From Nitrosopumilus sp. (GTDB taxonomy: Archaea; Thermoproteota; Nitrososphaeria; Nitrososphaerales; Nitrosopumilaceae), in the NCBI GenBank assembly GCA_965238275.1, contig OZ250186.1:1-64000 (forward strand): 64,000 nt of DNA, given 5' to 3'. The translations under genes were made by a program, and so were the position numbers. This document shows, in pieces, positions 30,212 through 40,773 of this stretch (position 1 is the first letter of the stretch; each line of letters begins with the position of its first letter). Below the pieces are notes generated by a model, which did not search any database, was not told the DNA's origin, and saw only the letters and a program-made list of their open reading frames with translations.

Positions 30212-33200
30212 TCAGACCTTCTCCTTTATCAGCAGCCGTGGGGCTATGTTGAGACTCTGCATCTCCTGCAGTAGCAGTTTGAAGGCGTATGCAACAGACA
30301 CCGACGAGACCTTGGCCTTGTCGCCGCAGACCCTGCAGACATACTTGCGCTGCTTGACATCATGGTATGAGACCAGCCCGCACCTCTCGCAGATGAACAC
30401 GTCTGACTTGTCAGACTCGTCTAGCAGCCTGTCCTTGAGGATCATCGAGGCGCCGTATGCGATAAGGCAGTCACGCTCCATCTCACCGAACCTCAGACCG
30501 CCGCCCCTGGCCCTGCCCTCGGTGGGCTGCTTGGTCAGCATCTGAACCTGGCCCCTGGCCCTTGCATGGATCTTGTCGGCCACCATGTGGTGGAGCTTTT
30601 GATAGTATACCACGCCAATAAAGACCTCTACGGGGAACGCCTTTCCGGTTCTTCCGTCATACATTATCTCCTTGCCCGAATACTGGAAGCCGTGCGCATC
30701 CATGACCTCCTTGACCTCGCTCATCTTCTCGCCTACAAAGGCAGAACCGTCAAACCTGCTTCCGCGCAGGGCAGCTGACTTGCCGCAGATTGACTCCATC
30801 ATCATCCCCACAGTCATTCTTGACGGGAACGCATGCGGATTGATAAGCACGTCAGGCGATATTCCGTCTGCAGTATACGGCAGATCCTCTGCCTCTGCCA
30901 GTATTCCAAGCACGCCCTTCTGCCCGTGTCGGGATGCAAACTTGTCGCCAATCTCAGGAACCCTCATGTCCCTGGCCCGGATCTTGTACATCTTTCCCCC
31001 CTCGTTCGACTGGGTCATGACAACAGTATCGACCACTCCGGTCTCAGACGGCCTGACCCCGATGGATGTGTCCCTCCGGTATGGGCCGGCCGACTCGAAC
31101 TCGCGGTACTCCTCCATGAACCTTGGAGGGCTGGTCTTGCCAATCAGAATGTCGCCGCCCTTGACTATGGATTCGGATGCGACTACGCCGTCCTCCTCGA
31201 GCAGCTTGTATGCGCGCTCGCCCTTGTACCCGCGTATGTTATCCTCGGCGTTGGGTATCTCAAAACTGTCGCGCATTCCGCCGGGGTACTGCTTTGCCTC
31301 GGCATCATAGATTCTGTAAAAGAACGTCCTTCCCAGGCCCCTGTTCACAGATGCCTTGCTGAGTACGATTGCATCCTCGATGTTGTAACCGTCAAACGGA
31401 AGCACCGCGACGACGCAGTTCTGGCCTGCGGGCCGCTCCTCAAGGCCCAGAAGCTTCATGGCCTTTGTGTTGACTATGGGGGTCTGCGGGTACAGCATAA
31501 AGTGCTGCCTGACATACGTGCTGGTGTTCATCATGGGTGTGGAGAATCCAAGGCTCTGTTTTGCCATTGCAGACTCGTACGTGTTTCTTGGAGACTGGTT
31601 GTGTTCCGGATATGGGATGATGGATGCCCCTGCGCCCAGTATGGCAGACGGGAACACCTCCAGGTGCGTGTGGCCTGCCAGATCATCCTCGCTCAGGGCA
31701 ACGTAGCAGTTCTCCTCCTCGTTTGCGTCGATCATCTCAAGTACGCCCATCCTCAGCAGATCAGCCCACGAGAGCAGTTTTTTTGATATCTTGTCAAGCA
31801 GGTTCTCCGTGAGCAGCGGCACATCGTCCTTTACTATTATCAGGGGCCGCAGTACGCGTCCTGCGTTGCAGTTGATGTAGATTCTCGTGGTGGATCCTGC
31901 AATCTCGGACTTGTGGAAGGACACCCCCACATGAGGATGAATCTTGGAGTCCCTCCTGAGATCCCGAAGGGATGCGGCCAGATGGTTGCCGTCCCTGTAA
32001 TACCCGATAAGCCGTCCGTCGACAAACACGCGGGTTCCGTCCTTCTTAAGGTCGTCTTGTGCCTCAAAGAAGTGGACAGTGCCCAGATCGTACAGCTTTT
32101 CGATTATCTCCTCAGACGGAATGTTTACAGATATGATTCCAGACAGTGCCAGGTTCTTTACAAGTCCGCAGTTGGAGCCCTCTGGCGTCTCGCTGGGACA
32201 GATCCTTCCAAAGTGGGTGGCATGCAGATCCCTGGCCTCAAAGTTTGGCTGCGTCCTGCTGAGTGGCGACTGGATTCTTCTAAGATGGCTTATGGTGGAT
32301 AGATAATTGGTTCTGTCAAGCAGCTGGGTCACGCCGACGCGGCCCCTGCCCCAGTTTCCAGTTGCAATGGCGTTGTTGAGCTTGTCTGTGATTATTCCAG
32401 GGCGTATTGCAGCTGCGACTGCGTTGATTCCGCGCTTCTGTCCGGACCGCTCCAGCTGGTACTTCATGTCCCGGATAAGATTCCTAAAGGCGGTTCTGAA
32501 CAGGTCTGCCAGCATCTGGCCTGCAAACTTGATTATCTTGTTACCGTAGTGATCCTTGTCGTCAGGGGAGATCCAGCCAAGCCTCAGCTCAAGCAGCTTG
32601 CATGCCGCCTCGCCTAGAAACTGTGCCTTCTCCTTCCTGTTCTCAGGATGCTTGCCCAGATGCGGCAACAGCCCCCAGTCAAGCAGGGTCTCTGTACGTT
32701 TTATCTGAAACTCTTCAAGCATCCCCGGCGCAATCCTCTTGCTGATGTAGACTATTGCATCCTTGGATGTCAGGACATCGTTTGCCTTCTCAAAGGAGCC
32801 CTCCAGCTGATCCTGAAGCTCGTCTACCAATGAGACCACTCCTGCAATCTCCTTGTCAGATTCCAGCCCGAGCGCCCGCATCAGGGTGATTACGGGTATG
32901 TCGACGGGGGATCCTGGAATTCTGGCCACGAGCAGTCCGTCATTCTTCATGACAAGTTCCAGCTTTGCCCTGTATCCTATTATTGAAGAGTATACCTTGG
33001 CCTTGAAGACCGTGTTTCCGCCTACAGTCTCCCTGTCCACGATTATCTTGTTGTATGAGAGATCCTCAAGCCCGACTATCACCCGCTCAGAGCCGTTGAT
33101 GATAAAGTAGCCGCCGGGATCGTTTGGATCCTCGCCGTGTTCTACCAGCTTCTGGGTGGAGAAGTTGTGCAGGATGCAGGCATGTGACTTTGCCATGACT

Positions 33201-33559
33201 GGAACATCGCCAATATGGACAAACTTTGATTCCAGTACCTTTCCGTCCTCAACGACGCTGGCCTCCATCATTACCGGTGCAGCGTACGAGACGTTTCTCA
33301 GTCTTGCCTCGGCAGGGGTGATGTGCGTGATGGAGCCGTCAAGCTCCATCATTCTTGGCTTTTGAAGCCTTACCTTCTCCAGTTGAATCTTGTACGGATA
33401 CTCGGCATTCTCTATGTCTATCTGGGATACCTCGTCGATTATACTCTGAAGGCCCCGCTCCAGAAACTCGTCAAACGAGTTGAGGTGCTGTCTGGCGATA
33501 CCCTCCCGCTTCAGGATGTCCTGGATTATCGGCCAGCGCTTGGTTGACGGGTCCACCAT
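30212..33559 (-). CDS. rpoB: DNA-directed RNA polymerase subunit B (unsplit)
   Basis: Motifs GYFIINGSE, GDKFASRHGQKG and RFGEMERD. Confidence 0.98.
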   Translation of the reverse strand: MVDPSTKRWPIIQDILKREGIARQHLNSFDEFLERGLQSIIDEVSQIDIENAEYPYKIQLEKVRLQKPRMMELDGSITHITPAEARLRNVSYAAPVMMEASVVEDGKVLESKFVHIGDVPVMAKSHACILHNFSTQKLVEHGEDPNDPGGYFIINGSERVIVGLEDLSYNKIIVDRETVGGNTVFKAKVYSSIIGYRAKLELVMKNDGLLVARIPGSPVDIPVITLMRALGLESDKEIAGVVSLVDELQDQLEGSFEKANDVLTSKDAIVYISKRIAPGMLEEFQIKRTETLLDWGLLPHLGKHPENRKEKAQFLGEAACKLLELRLGWISPDDKDHYGNKIIKFAGQMLADLFRTAFRNLIRDMKYQLERSGQKRGINAVAAAIRPGIITDKLNNAIATGNWGRGRVGVTQLLDRTNYLSTISHLRRIQSPLSRTQPNFEARDLHATHFGRICPSETPEGSNCGLVKNLALSGIISVNIPSEEIIEKLYDLGTVHFFEAQDDLKKDGTRVFVDGRLIGYYRDGNHLAASLRDLRRDSKIHPHVGVSFHKSEIAGSTTRIYINCNAGRVLRPLIIVKDDVPLLTENLLDKISKKLLSWADLLRMGVLEMIDANEEENCYVALSEDDLAGHTHLEVFPSAILGAGASIIPYPEHNQSPRNTYESAMAKQSLGFSTPMMNTSTYVRQHFMLYPQTPIVNTKAMKLLGLEERPAGQNCVVAVLPFDGYNIEDAIVLSKASVNRGLGRTFFYRIYDAEAKQYPGGMRDSFEIPNAEDNIRGYKGERAYKLLEEDGVVASESIVKGGDILIGKTSPPRFMEEYREFESAGPYRRDTSIGVRPSETGVVDTVVMTQSNEGGKMYKIRARDMRVPEIGDKFASRHGQKGVLGILAEAEDLPYTADGISPDVLINPHAFPSRMTVGMMMESICGKSAALRGSRFDGSAFVGEKMSEVKEVMDAHGFQYSGKEIMYDGRTGKAFPVEVFIGVVYYQKLHHMVADKIHARARGQVQMLTKQPTEGRARGGGLRFGEMERDCLIAYGASMILKDRLLDESDKSDVFICERCGLVSYHDVKQRKYVCRVCGDKAKVSSVSVAYAFKLLLQEMQSLNIAPRLLIKEKV

Positions 33560-33810
33560 TATGGCTCCACCACGTATCTGTAATAGAAACTTTGACCGGC
33601 AGTGTGACTCTTTCTGGTGATCTTTATCACGTCGCCTGGCTTTACGCCCAATCCCAGGATTGCAGGATCGTTGACTAAGATTAGCGGCAGTTCTGTGGGC
33701 TTGCAGTTGTACTTTCTTAGAATCTCCTCGGCCTCCTGCTTTGAGATGATCTCATGCTTTGGGACATAGATGTGATCGGGAACCAGGATCGGATTCTTCT
33801 TAGACACCAA
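33559..33810 (-). CDS. rpoH: DNA-directed RNA polymerase subunit H
   Basis: Motifs HIYVPKH, LP.I...DP and YYRYV. Confidence 0.97.
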   Translation of the reverse strand: MVSKKNPILVPDHIYVPKHEIISKQEAEEILRKYNCKPTELPLILVNDPAILGLGVKPGDVIKITRKSHTAGQSFYYRYVVEP

Positions 33811-34281
33811 CTGTAAAATCCCCCATACGTAACACTAAAGATGGCAACAATACACACAAACTGTCAGCTTTCGGTTTTCTGATCAATATATATCTAATCT
33901 GAGGTGCAGACGCAAGCGGCTAGGTTTACGTCTAATTCCAATGTTGCAGACATCGAACTGAGACAGTTGCGTGGCAGATTGTGAGATACATATGAAAATC
34001 CTGCTCAGAAGGCATGCCAGGTCGCACGGCAGGGCATGTGGCCACCATGTGCAGGTATGGATTGACGATCCCGTCTCCATTCCCCCAGATGGGGTCAGGC
34101 GGGCTGATGCCAAGACAGAGCATGCCAGACACAACAGGAGACACGGCAACTCGTAACGGCCACAAGCAGATTGCAGTTGTCGTATGGAGCCGGAGGGTGT
34201 GGTTTGTATGAAAAAAATTTTTACCTTTTGTCAATAATATTTTTTGTAACTTTAAATAGTGTGAATTTACGCCTTAAATTG

Positions 34282-35115
34282 ATGAAAACTCATCTATCGG
34301 TGTTTGCCTTATCTGCAATTTTAGTTGTGAGTATTGGTATGGCACCAGCATTTGGACAAGTTCAGAGTGCAATTGTGGTTGCCACAGACAAGGAAGCCTA
34401 TATGGGCGGCGAGGTAATCATGATATCAGGCACGGTCAGGGATCAGTTTCCAACAGACGTATCTGTAACAGTGAAGGCACCCAACGGAAACGTTGTGTAT
34501 GTTGACCAGGTACCTGTAGGTTTAGACAGAACTTTCAGCGCCGAGTTTACTGCAAGCGGACTGACTAATAGCAATGGCACATACACAATAACTGTCCAGT
34601 ACACAGACGTTCACTCAGCATCAGCATCATTCGAGTTGACCGATGTCATGGTTGAGGTCGAAGGCGTAACAGTTGGGCCCAGCGAAGGAACGGTTCCGGT
34701 CACAGGCAATGAAGAGCTTTTGGTCGGATACGAGCTTAGCACAGGCGACATACTAAGCATCACGCCCAACCCGGAAGACAGTGCACTGGAAATAGCCATT
34801 GATACAATAGAGGACGGTACGCTGACAATCACCATACCCAGAACGGTGGCAGATGCCAAGAACGCTGACGACACAGACGCCCAATACTTCGTCCTAATTG
34901 ACGGATCCGAGGTGGACGAATTTGAGGAGACAGTAACGGACGAGTCAAGGACGCTTACTATCGAGTTCTATGCAGGAGCCGAGTTGATTGGGATATACGG
35001 CACCTTCGTAATTCCGGAGTTCGGTACGATTGCAGCCATGATTCTGGCAGTTGCAGTAGTGGCCATCATTGCAGTATCTGCAAGGTCAAGACTCAGCATC
35101 ATTCCAAGATACTAG
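34282..35115 (+). CDS. PEFG-CTERM surface protein 1
   Basis: Signal peptide, Ig-like TDK..Y..GE domain, then IPEFG, a membrane helix and a basic tail. Confidence 0.92.
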   Translation: MKTHLSVFALSAILVVSIGMAPAFGQVQSAIVVATDKEAYMGGEVIMISGTVRDQFPTDVSVTVKAPNGNVVYVDQVPVGLDRTFSAEFTASGLTNSNGTYTITVQYTDVHSASASFELTDVMVEVEGVTVGPSEGTVPVTGNEELLVGYELSTGDILSITPNPEDSALEIAIDTIEDGTLTITIPRTVADAKNADDTDAQYFVLIDGSEVDEFEETVTDESRTLTIEFYAGAELIGIYGTFVIPEFGTIAAMILAVAVVAIIAVSARSRLSIIPRY

Positions 35116-35136
35116 ATTTTATCTTCTTCTTTTTAT

Positions 35137-35580
35137 TTATAGCAGCGAGCGAAAGTTCGTGCAAACAGATCTCTCTGTAGCATGTCCTGATGCTCTTTCC
35201 GGCGCTCTGTCAGACCTTCCAATATTGTAGTCGTTGCCGGGTCCAAGCCGACCTGTCGAATTGTTCATTCCAGAACCATCCGATCCGTGATCCTCGCGCC
35301 TTGTGACGACCTTGACACCCGCAATGGTGCCTCCACAATTCCCGTGGGCTTGGCCGCCAGTCTCCTCCGTATGGAGACAGTCATTATCCAAAATGTTTTT
35401 TGCCGCGTTCTTGTCGGCATGGTGGCACCATCCGCATGAGATGCAGACCAATGATTCGCCGTTCCTGGACTTCTTGTCCACTACCCCAGCACAGTAGGTG
35501 CAGGGACGCCCACTTCCGCATTGGTAATGCAGTGCCCCAAAAGCCGGTTTGAGCGTCATTACGCGCCGGACCGTCATCAC
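35137..35580 (-). pseudogene. TnpB (IS200/IS605/IS607-type) C-terminal remnant
   Basis: CTYC...CISCG..HHADKNAAKNIL zinc ribbon plus RuvC-III. The N-terminal RuvC motifs are missing. Confidence 0.8.
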
Positions 35581-35677
35581 GTGATGGCTGTACTAGGAAG
35601 CATGCCTGGCTGCAAGCCGGTTTTGCAGGATCGGGGAGTGTGATACATAAATACCAATACAGAAATATAAAATCAAG

Positions 35678-36520
35678 ATGAATTTCAGACCCTCAACAAG
35701 ATCGGCTGCAGTAGTCATACTGACGCTGTCGCTGATTTCGATGACCTTGGTTCAGCAGAATGCATTTGCCCAAAACGACGGAATGTCCATTTCTGTAATG
35801 GCAGACAACGGAGCAGAATCGTTTACAGTCAATGGCATGACGACTTTAGACACCACGGATGTGACCATCAAGGTAACATCACCAAACCGCAATTTGGTTG
35901 GCGCCGCACAGATTACGCCAGATTCTAATGGAGAGTTTGCAGAAGAATTCAGAATCGGTCCTTCATGGAATGAGGACGGATTCTATAAGATTCTCGTCAC
36001 GCAAAAATCCCCGACGTACGAACTGGACACAGTCATCGAGATAAGAGACGGAGTGGCGCTGAAGACGCTGGAAAACGAGTCCAACATAGTACCCCTGTTT
36101 GAACCAGGCATGATCGATACAATGCCGGCCGGGATAACACTCAGCGCAGAGGCAGATGTCGGATCCACTGAGATCGTGATTACGGGAACAACTGACAGGC
36201 TAAGTCAGGACGTTTCCCTGACAGTCACTGCGCCAAACGGAAACGTGGTTACAGCTGATCAGGCATCGCCCACACTGGACGGAAAGTTCAGTGCGATGCT
36301 GATTACCGGCGGACCGTTATGGACACAGGATGGCATGTACACAGTAACAGCACAACAGTTCAATGACGAAGCATACACTGACACAGTCATGGTGGATATC
36401 CTAGACGGAGTCATAGTGCCTGAGTTTGGTACCATTGCAGCCATGATCCTGGCAGTCTCGATAGTGGCCATCATTGCAGTATCTGCAAGGTCAAGACTCA
36501 GCATCATTTCAAGATACTGA
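35678..36520 (+). CDS. PEFG-CTERM surface protein 2
   Basis: Signal peptide, two similar Ig-like repeats (V..PN.N.V, W..DG.Y) and a VPEFG tail. Confidence 0.92.
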   Translation: MNFRPSTRSAAVVILTLSLISMTLVQQNAFAQNDGMSISVMADNGAESFTVNGMTTLDTTDVTIKVTSPNRNLVGAAQITPDSNGEFAEEFRIGPSWNEDGFYKILVTQKSPTYELDTVIEIRDGVALKTLENESNIVPLFEPGMIDTMPAGITLSAEADVGSTEIVITGTTDRLSQDVSLTVTAPNGNVVTADQASPTLDGKFSAMLITGGPLWTQDGMYTVTAQQFNDEAYTDTVMVDILDGVIVPEFGTIAAMILAVSIVAIIAVSARSRLSIISRY

Positions 36521-36526
36521 TTCATA

Positions 36527-36544
36527 TTTTTTTATTATTTTTTT
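36527..36544 (+). terminator. Oligo-T terminator
   Basis: T-rich tract right after the PEFG gene 2 stop. Similar tracts follow genes 1 and 3. Confidence 0.6.
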
Positions 36545-36930
36545 AGTATTGGCCAGCTGGATGCTGCCACACCGCAGGGCATACTACGGGTTGATGGATC
36601 CGCCTTCGGCCCATCAGGCGTAAGCAGAGACCACAAGTAACGCTCTTGCTGGCACAATGCCACTTCAAGCAACATGATGCCATCAAGAGACGCGGTGAGC
36701 CGACAGAGATTCCATCATGCCTCAAAAGGAATGGGATAAAGGCCAACCCCGGAGGGAACCGCAGCTGCATCAGAAAGGACAATGGAGTACAGTCCATTCT
36801 GGCGGCGTACTCGACACATGGCGTCTGTAAGTTCGATGTCTGCAGCATTGTGGAATTAGACGTGAGCCTAACCGCCTGCCATAATTTCCCTTTAAATACA
36901 TAAATAGGGATAACAGTATCGCAAAATAAG

Positions 36931-37782
36931 ATGAACAGCCGCACACCATTTATGCTATTAGCGATTTTAGCTGTAGTTGGTACCTTAACCATATCATCGG
37001 CATATGCCCAAGAAGGCTCACAGGCATGTGTAGATTGTGAAGAGGATCTAAACGAGGCCATACTGATAGTCAACACGGCAGTATCAATCCATACAGACAA
37101 GACAGAGTACGACACAGGTGACATTATACAGGTATATGGCGGGGTAGCAAACATATCTCCGGATTTCGAGATCACGGTCCAAGTCAAAAACCCGCTCAAT
37201 TCCGTAGTCGGTGTTGCACAGCTTAAGGTGGCAGAGGATGCTACATATGAGACATCATTCAACACAGCAGGCAGTATATGGCAGTATGAAGGGACATACA
37301 CCATCGACGTATACTACGGAAGCGAGGTAAAGAACAACAGTGTACGGATTGAACTGGGAGGAGACAGTATGATGATGGAAGTAGAGGACTGTTCTGCTGA
37401 AGAGGTGATGATTGTCGGGTATTGTATGACAGGCAGCATCTCCGGCGGAGCCATAACAGACTCTTCTATCAATCAGGAGGACAATTCCATCATAATCAAC
37501 ATCGATGCAGAAGAAGACGGAACACTGATGCTAGTCATCCCAAATGAAGTTCAGGAAGGCATATTCCTGATATCTGTTGATGGAGAAGAGTGGGATGATG
37601 TCAGCATAGACGACGGCAGCATAACAGTCGAGTTCTTGGCAGGCGCAGAGATGATTGAGATATTTGGATCCCACGTAATTCCAGAGTTTGGTACGATTGC
37701 AGGCATGGTTCTAGCAGTGGCAGTAGTTGCCATAATTGCAGTATCTGCAAGGTCAAAACTCAGTATCATGCCAAAATACTAA
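36931..37782 (+). CDS. PEFG-CTERM surface protein 3
   Basis: Signal peptide, acidic Ig-like domains and an IPEFG tail. Confidence 0.92.
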   Translation: MNSRTPFMLLAILAVVGTLTISSAYAQEGSQACVDCEEDLNEAILIVNTAVSIHTDKTEYDTGDIIQVYGGVANISPDFEITVQVKNPLNSVVGVAQLKVAEDATYETSFNTAGSIWQYEGTYTIDVYYGSEVKNNSVRIELGGDSMMMEVEDCSAEEVMIVGYCMTGSISGGAITDSSINQEDNSIIINIDAEEDGTLMLVIPNEVQEGIFLISVDGEEWDDVSIDDGSITVEFLAGAEMIEIFGSHVIPEFGTIAGMVLAVAVVAIIAVSARSKLSIMPKY

Positions 37783-37974
37783 CTCTTTATTTTTTCATTT
37801 TTACATTCCCCGATACGAGATGTTGTATCGTCATGCCATAGGCTGATATGCATCATCACCCAGGATAGCCGCCCCAAATACAGGTCTGTTCAGTCGGGAT
37901 TCAGCAAATCGCAGCAGCAGCAGCAGCTGCTGCTTGACAGTAAAAGAGATATACAAACATGCCCTGTAAACCAT

Positions 37975-38826
37975 GTGAAAAGTAACGTGTTTTATGTCGT
38001 AGCAATACTGCTGCTTGCAGTATCAGTAGTACTGCTTACAGCCTCAGCAGGCAGTGCCGAGGCACAAGAGCGACAAGTTACAGTAAAGACAGATACCGGC
38101 CACTACGACGAGGGCGATACCATAGTAATCTCCGGAAGTGTCGGAACCGTCATACCAGACACGCCTGTCATATTACAGATATTCGCAAGGGGCAACGTCC
38201 TGATAGACGTTGCACAGGTTCTGGTGGCACAGGAGGACAAGAGCTACTCGCACATCATCATCGCAGAAGGCGACAAGTGGAACAGGGGAGGAGATTATAC
38301 AATCAGGGCCTCATACGGAAAGGAAGGAATTGCAGAGACCACGTTTAGGTACTCCCCGGAATCAATACCAGAGTCTACTACGGGTATCTTTGAAGTAGAT
38401 GCCGGAAGCTACGGAACCTTTGATGTAGAGTATACCATCAGGGGCGGCACGCTCAGCGACATAACTGTGGATTCGCAAAATCTTGGCATAGTGATACGGA
38501 TAGAGACGATTGACGAGGGCTCCATCACCATGAATCTGCCAAGGGAGTTCATAGGGGCTGAAAAGCAGAGCGGGAGGGACGAGGCGTTTATCGTCCTAGT
38601 CGATGAAGTGGACACCAAGCCTGATGAAACCATAGTGGAGGAGGATTCAAGGACGATAACAGTCGACTTTGTGCAGGGCAATTCAAGGATTGACGTGATC
38701 GGAACATACGTGGTTCCGGAGTTCGGGGCCGCAGTCATGATGATGATGATTGCCTTGGGCGCAGGCATGGCAGTTACAGTCCTGGCCGTAAGGGGCAGGA
38801 CGGCACTACTGCAGTTTAGCCGGTAA
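37975..38826 (+). CDS. PEFG-CTERM surface protein 4 (divergent tail)
   Basis: Signal peptide, TD..Y..GD domain, VPEFG and a membrane helix. Confidence 0.9.
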   Translation: MKSNVFYVVAILLLAVSVVLLTASAGSAEAQERQVTVKTDTGHYDEGDTIVISGSVGTVIPDTPVILQIFARGNVLIDVAQVLVAQEDKSYSHIIIAEGDKWNRGGDYTIRASYGKEGIAETTFRYSPESIPESTTGIFEVDAGSYGTFDVEYTIRGGTLSDITVDSQNLGIVIRIETIDEGSITMNLPREFIGAEKQSGRDEAFIVLVDEVDTKPDETIVEEDSRTITVDFVQGNSRIDVIGTYVVPEFGAAVMMMMIALGAGMAVTVLAVRGRTALLQFSR

Positions 38827-39979
38827 AGGAGTATTTTTCCTTGAACGGTGAGACTGCACGCAGCTCCCTGACGACTCTTTTGAGAATCTCTATTGCCTGC
38901 GCCATCTCGTCCATGGTGTTAAAGATCCCCACAGTCAGCCGCAGGGAACCGGCGATCTGCTCGCGGGAGAATCCCATCGCCTGCAACACGTGCGAGGCCT
39001 TTTGGACGTTGACAGAGCAGGCAGAACCAGTCGATGCTGCAACCCCGTACTCGTCAAGCTTGATTATCATGTCCTCCCCGTTTACGCCAAGAAACGTAAA
39101 ATGGGCATTGCTTGCCAGTCTTGACGCGGGATCCCCGTTCAAGGTGACGGCAGGAATTTCATCCAGAACCCCCCCGACCAGGGCGTCCCGGAGTCCCTTC
39201 AGATATGCGATGTTGTCATGCAGGTTCTCCCGGGCAATCTCGCACGCCCTGCCAAACCCCGCGATTCCTGCCACATTCTCGGTGCCGGAACGGAGTCCGT
39301 GTTCCTGTCCCCCTCCCAGAAGCAGAGGATCGATCCGGATGCCGTCCCTTATGAACAGCGCACCGACCCCCTTGGGGCCGTGGATCTTGTGAGAGGAGAT
39401 TGACATCAGATCAACGCCAAGCGCCCGGACGTCTATCGGGGTCTTGCCGACTGCCTGGACGGCATCGGTGTGGAACAGAATTCCGCAGTCGTGGCAAATC
39501 CGGACAAGTTCGGATATTGGCTGAATGGTTCCGACCTCGTTGTTTCCAAACATGACAGAGACCAGGCGCGTCCTGTCAGTTATCCGATCCCGGAGATCAG
39601 ACGGGCTGATCACGCCGAACCTGTCCACCGGAAGGTATTCCACATCAAAGCCCTCATTCAGGAGCATTCTGCACGGCTCCAGAACAGCGTCATGTTCGAC
39701 TGAGGATGTTATGATGTGGCAGGAGGGTTCCCGTGCGGCCACGCCCCTTATGGCAGTATTGTTTGATTCGGTACCGCCAGACGTGATTAGGATCTCGGAT
39801 GGCTTGGCGTTAATCAGCGCTGCAATCTGTCCCTTTGCCTTTCTGACTGCCCTGCGGGCAGTCCTTCCGTGCCGGTGTATCGATGACGGGTTGCCGTACT
39901 GTTCTGCCAGGTACGGCATCATCGAGTCCAGTACGTCCCGGTGGACCATGGTCGATGCTGCGTTATCCAGATAGATCAA
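38816..39979 (-). CDS. iscS: Cysteine desulfurase (IscS/NifS group I)
   Basis: Motifs YLDNAA, GNPSS, SSHKIHGPKG, RSGTEN and STGSAC. Confidence 0.95.
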   Translation of the reverse strand: MIYLDNAASTMVHRDVLDSMMPYLAEQYGNPSSIHRHGRTARRAVRKAKGQIAALINAKPSEILITSGGTESNNTAIRGVAAREPSCHIITSSVEHDAVLEPCRMLLNEGFDVEYLPVDRFGVISPSDLRDRITDRTRLVSVMFGNNEVGTIQPISELVRICHDCGILFHTDAVQAVGKTPIDVRALGVDLMSISSHKIHGPKGVGALFIRDGIRIDPLLLGGGQEHGLRSGTENVAGIAGFGRACEIARENLHDNIAYLKGLRDALVGGVLDEIPAVTLNGDPASRLASNAHFTFLGVNGEDMIIKLDEYGVAASTGSACSVNVQKASHVLQAMGFSREQIAGSLRLTVGIFNTMDEMAQAIEILKRVVRELRAVSPFKEKYSFTG

Positions 39980-40773
39980 TCCGCAATCACGTTGATCTTC
40001 CCAGGCGCGTACCCATCCGGATCAACTGCGACCCGTGTAAATCCAATCATCATCAGTCTTTTGGTGATCTGCCTCAGGACTTCCCCCTGAAATACAGGCA
40101 CCATGGTCTTGTCCACCTCGATCATTGCAGAGCCGCCAAGATCGCGAACCCTGACCTGTCTTGCCACCGTCATCTGCCGGATGATAGTCTCAGCAAACTC
40201 AATCCGGGTCAGCCTCTCGGCAGTCACCCTCTGACCCCAGGGTATGCGTGAGGCAAGGCACGAGTTTGAAGGTTTGTCGTGTATGGACAGCCCTACAGAC
40301 GCTGCCGCCTTGCGTATCTGCAGCTTGGAGATGCCAAGATCCGCAAGCGGGCTCAATATGCCGTTCTGCCTCAGTGCCTTGATTCCGGGTCGGTATTCCC
40401 CCATGTCGCCTGCATGGGTCCCGTCAACGATGGTCGTGATATGGTGCTGCCTGGCCAGTGCGCCCAGACGCGTCCCCAGATCCATCCTGCAGTGAAAGCA
40501 TCGGGAGGAGTCGTTCCGGACAAAGTCCTCGTTTTCAAGCTCGTCATACTCCAAAATAACATGCCGAATTCCAATCTCAGAACAGACCCGCCTGGCATCT
40601 TCCAGCTCGTCCCTTGGGAGTGTCTTGTAGTCGGCAGTCACGGCAAGCGCCATGCTGCCAAGCCGTTGGTGTGCAGCATACGCAACAAGGGCGCTGTCAA
40701 CTCCTCCGGACAGCGCAACCATTGTCCCGGACCTGCCCCCAAACCACCCAACAAGATCATCAAGATGTGTCAT
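39976..40773 (-). CDS. larE: Nickel-pincer cofactor sulfur transferase LarE
   Basis: SGGVDS PP-loop, RCFHC, RPG, SCLASRIP and QVRVR. Confidence 0.93.
   Translation of the reverse strand: MTHLDDLVGWFGGRSGTMVALSGGVDSALVAYAAHQRLGSMALAVTADYKTLPRDELEDARRVCSEIGIRHVILEYDELENEDFVRNDSSRCFHCRMDLGTRLGALARQHHITTIVDGTHAGDMGEYRPGIKALRQNGILSPLADLGISKLQIRKAAASVGLSIHDKPSNSCLASRIPWGQRVTAERLTRIEFAETIIRQMTVARQVRVRDLGGSAMIEVDKTMVPVFQGEVLRQITKRLMMIGFTRVAVDPDGYAPGKINVIAD

Noticed and set aside
26422-33559. Fused rpoA as a novelty; inteins in rpoA or rpoB
   Set aside because: Unsplit rpoA is known in this phylum, and the lengths leave no room for inteins.
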